From Octopus bimaculoides (taxonomy: Eukaryota), in the NCBI RefSeq assembly GCF_001194135.2, contig NC_068989.1, forward strand, positions 50,316,521 to 50,352,320: DNA of 35,800 nt, read 5' to 3'. Under the pieces are notes generated by a model. The model searched no databases and had not been told where the DNA came from. It saw only the letters and a list, made by a program, of their open reading frames with translations. The translations under genes and the position numbers were made by a program. Shown here piece by piece: positions 35,543 through 35,800 of the stretch (the stretch's first letter is position 1; each line of letters begins with the position of its first letter).

Positions 35543-35800
<258 letters not shown>

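Overview
Eukaryotic, AT-rich, microsatellite-dense genomic DNA with four N-gaps. The SINE-like repeats match families I recognise from Octopus, so the source is probably a coleoid cephalopod (inference). I found no intact host gene, tRNA, rRNA or CRISPR array. Most long ORFs in the track come from microsatellites or N-gaps. The window is mostly decayed transposons: Tx1/L1, RTE-like, HERO-like and five R4/Dong-type non-LTR fragments, a Penelope-like remnant, a Gypsy integrase remnant, four Tc1/mariner remnants, three tRNA-derived SINE families, an unclassified ~510 bp repeat in two copies, and a non-autonomous Helitron-like element inside a SINE. The most interesting structure is a same-strand, head-to-tail chain of R4/Dong-type fragments, each joined to a simple repeat. 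This fits microsatellite-targeted retrotransposition that regenerates its own target. I do not see a clearly novel biological system. The findings are mostly about transposon and microsatellite dynamics. All family assignments come from hand translation and motif recall, not database searches, and element boundaries are approximate.
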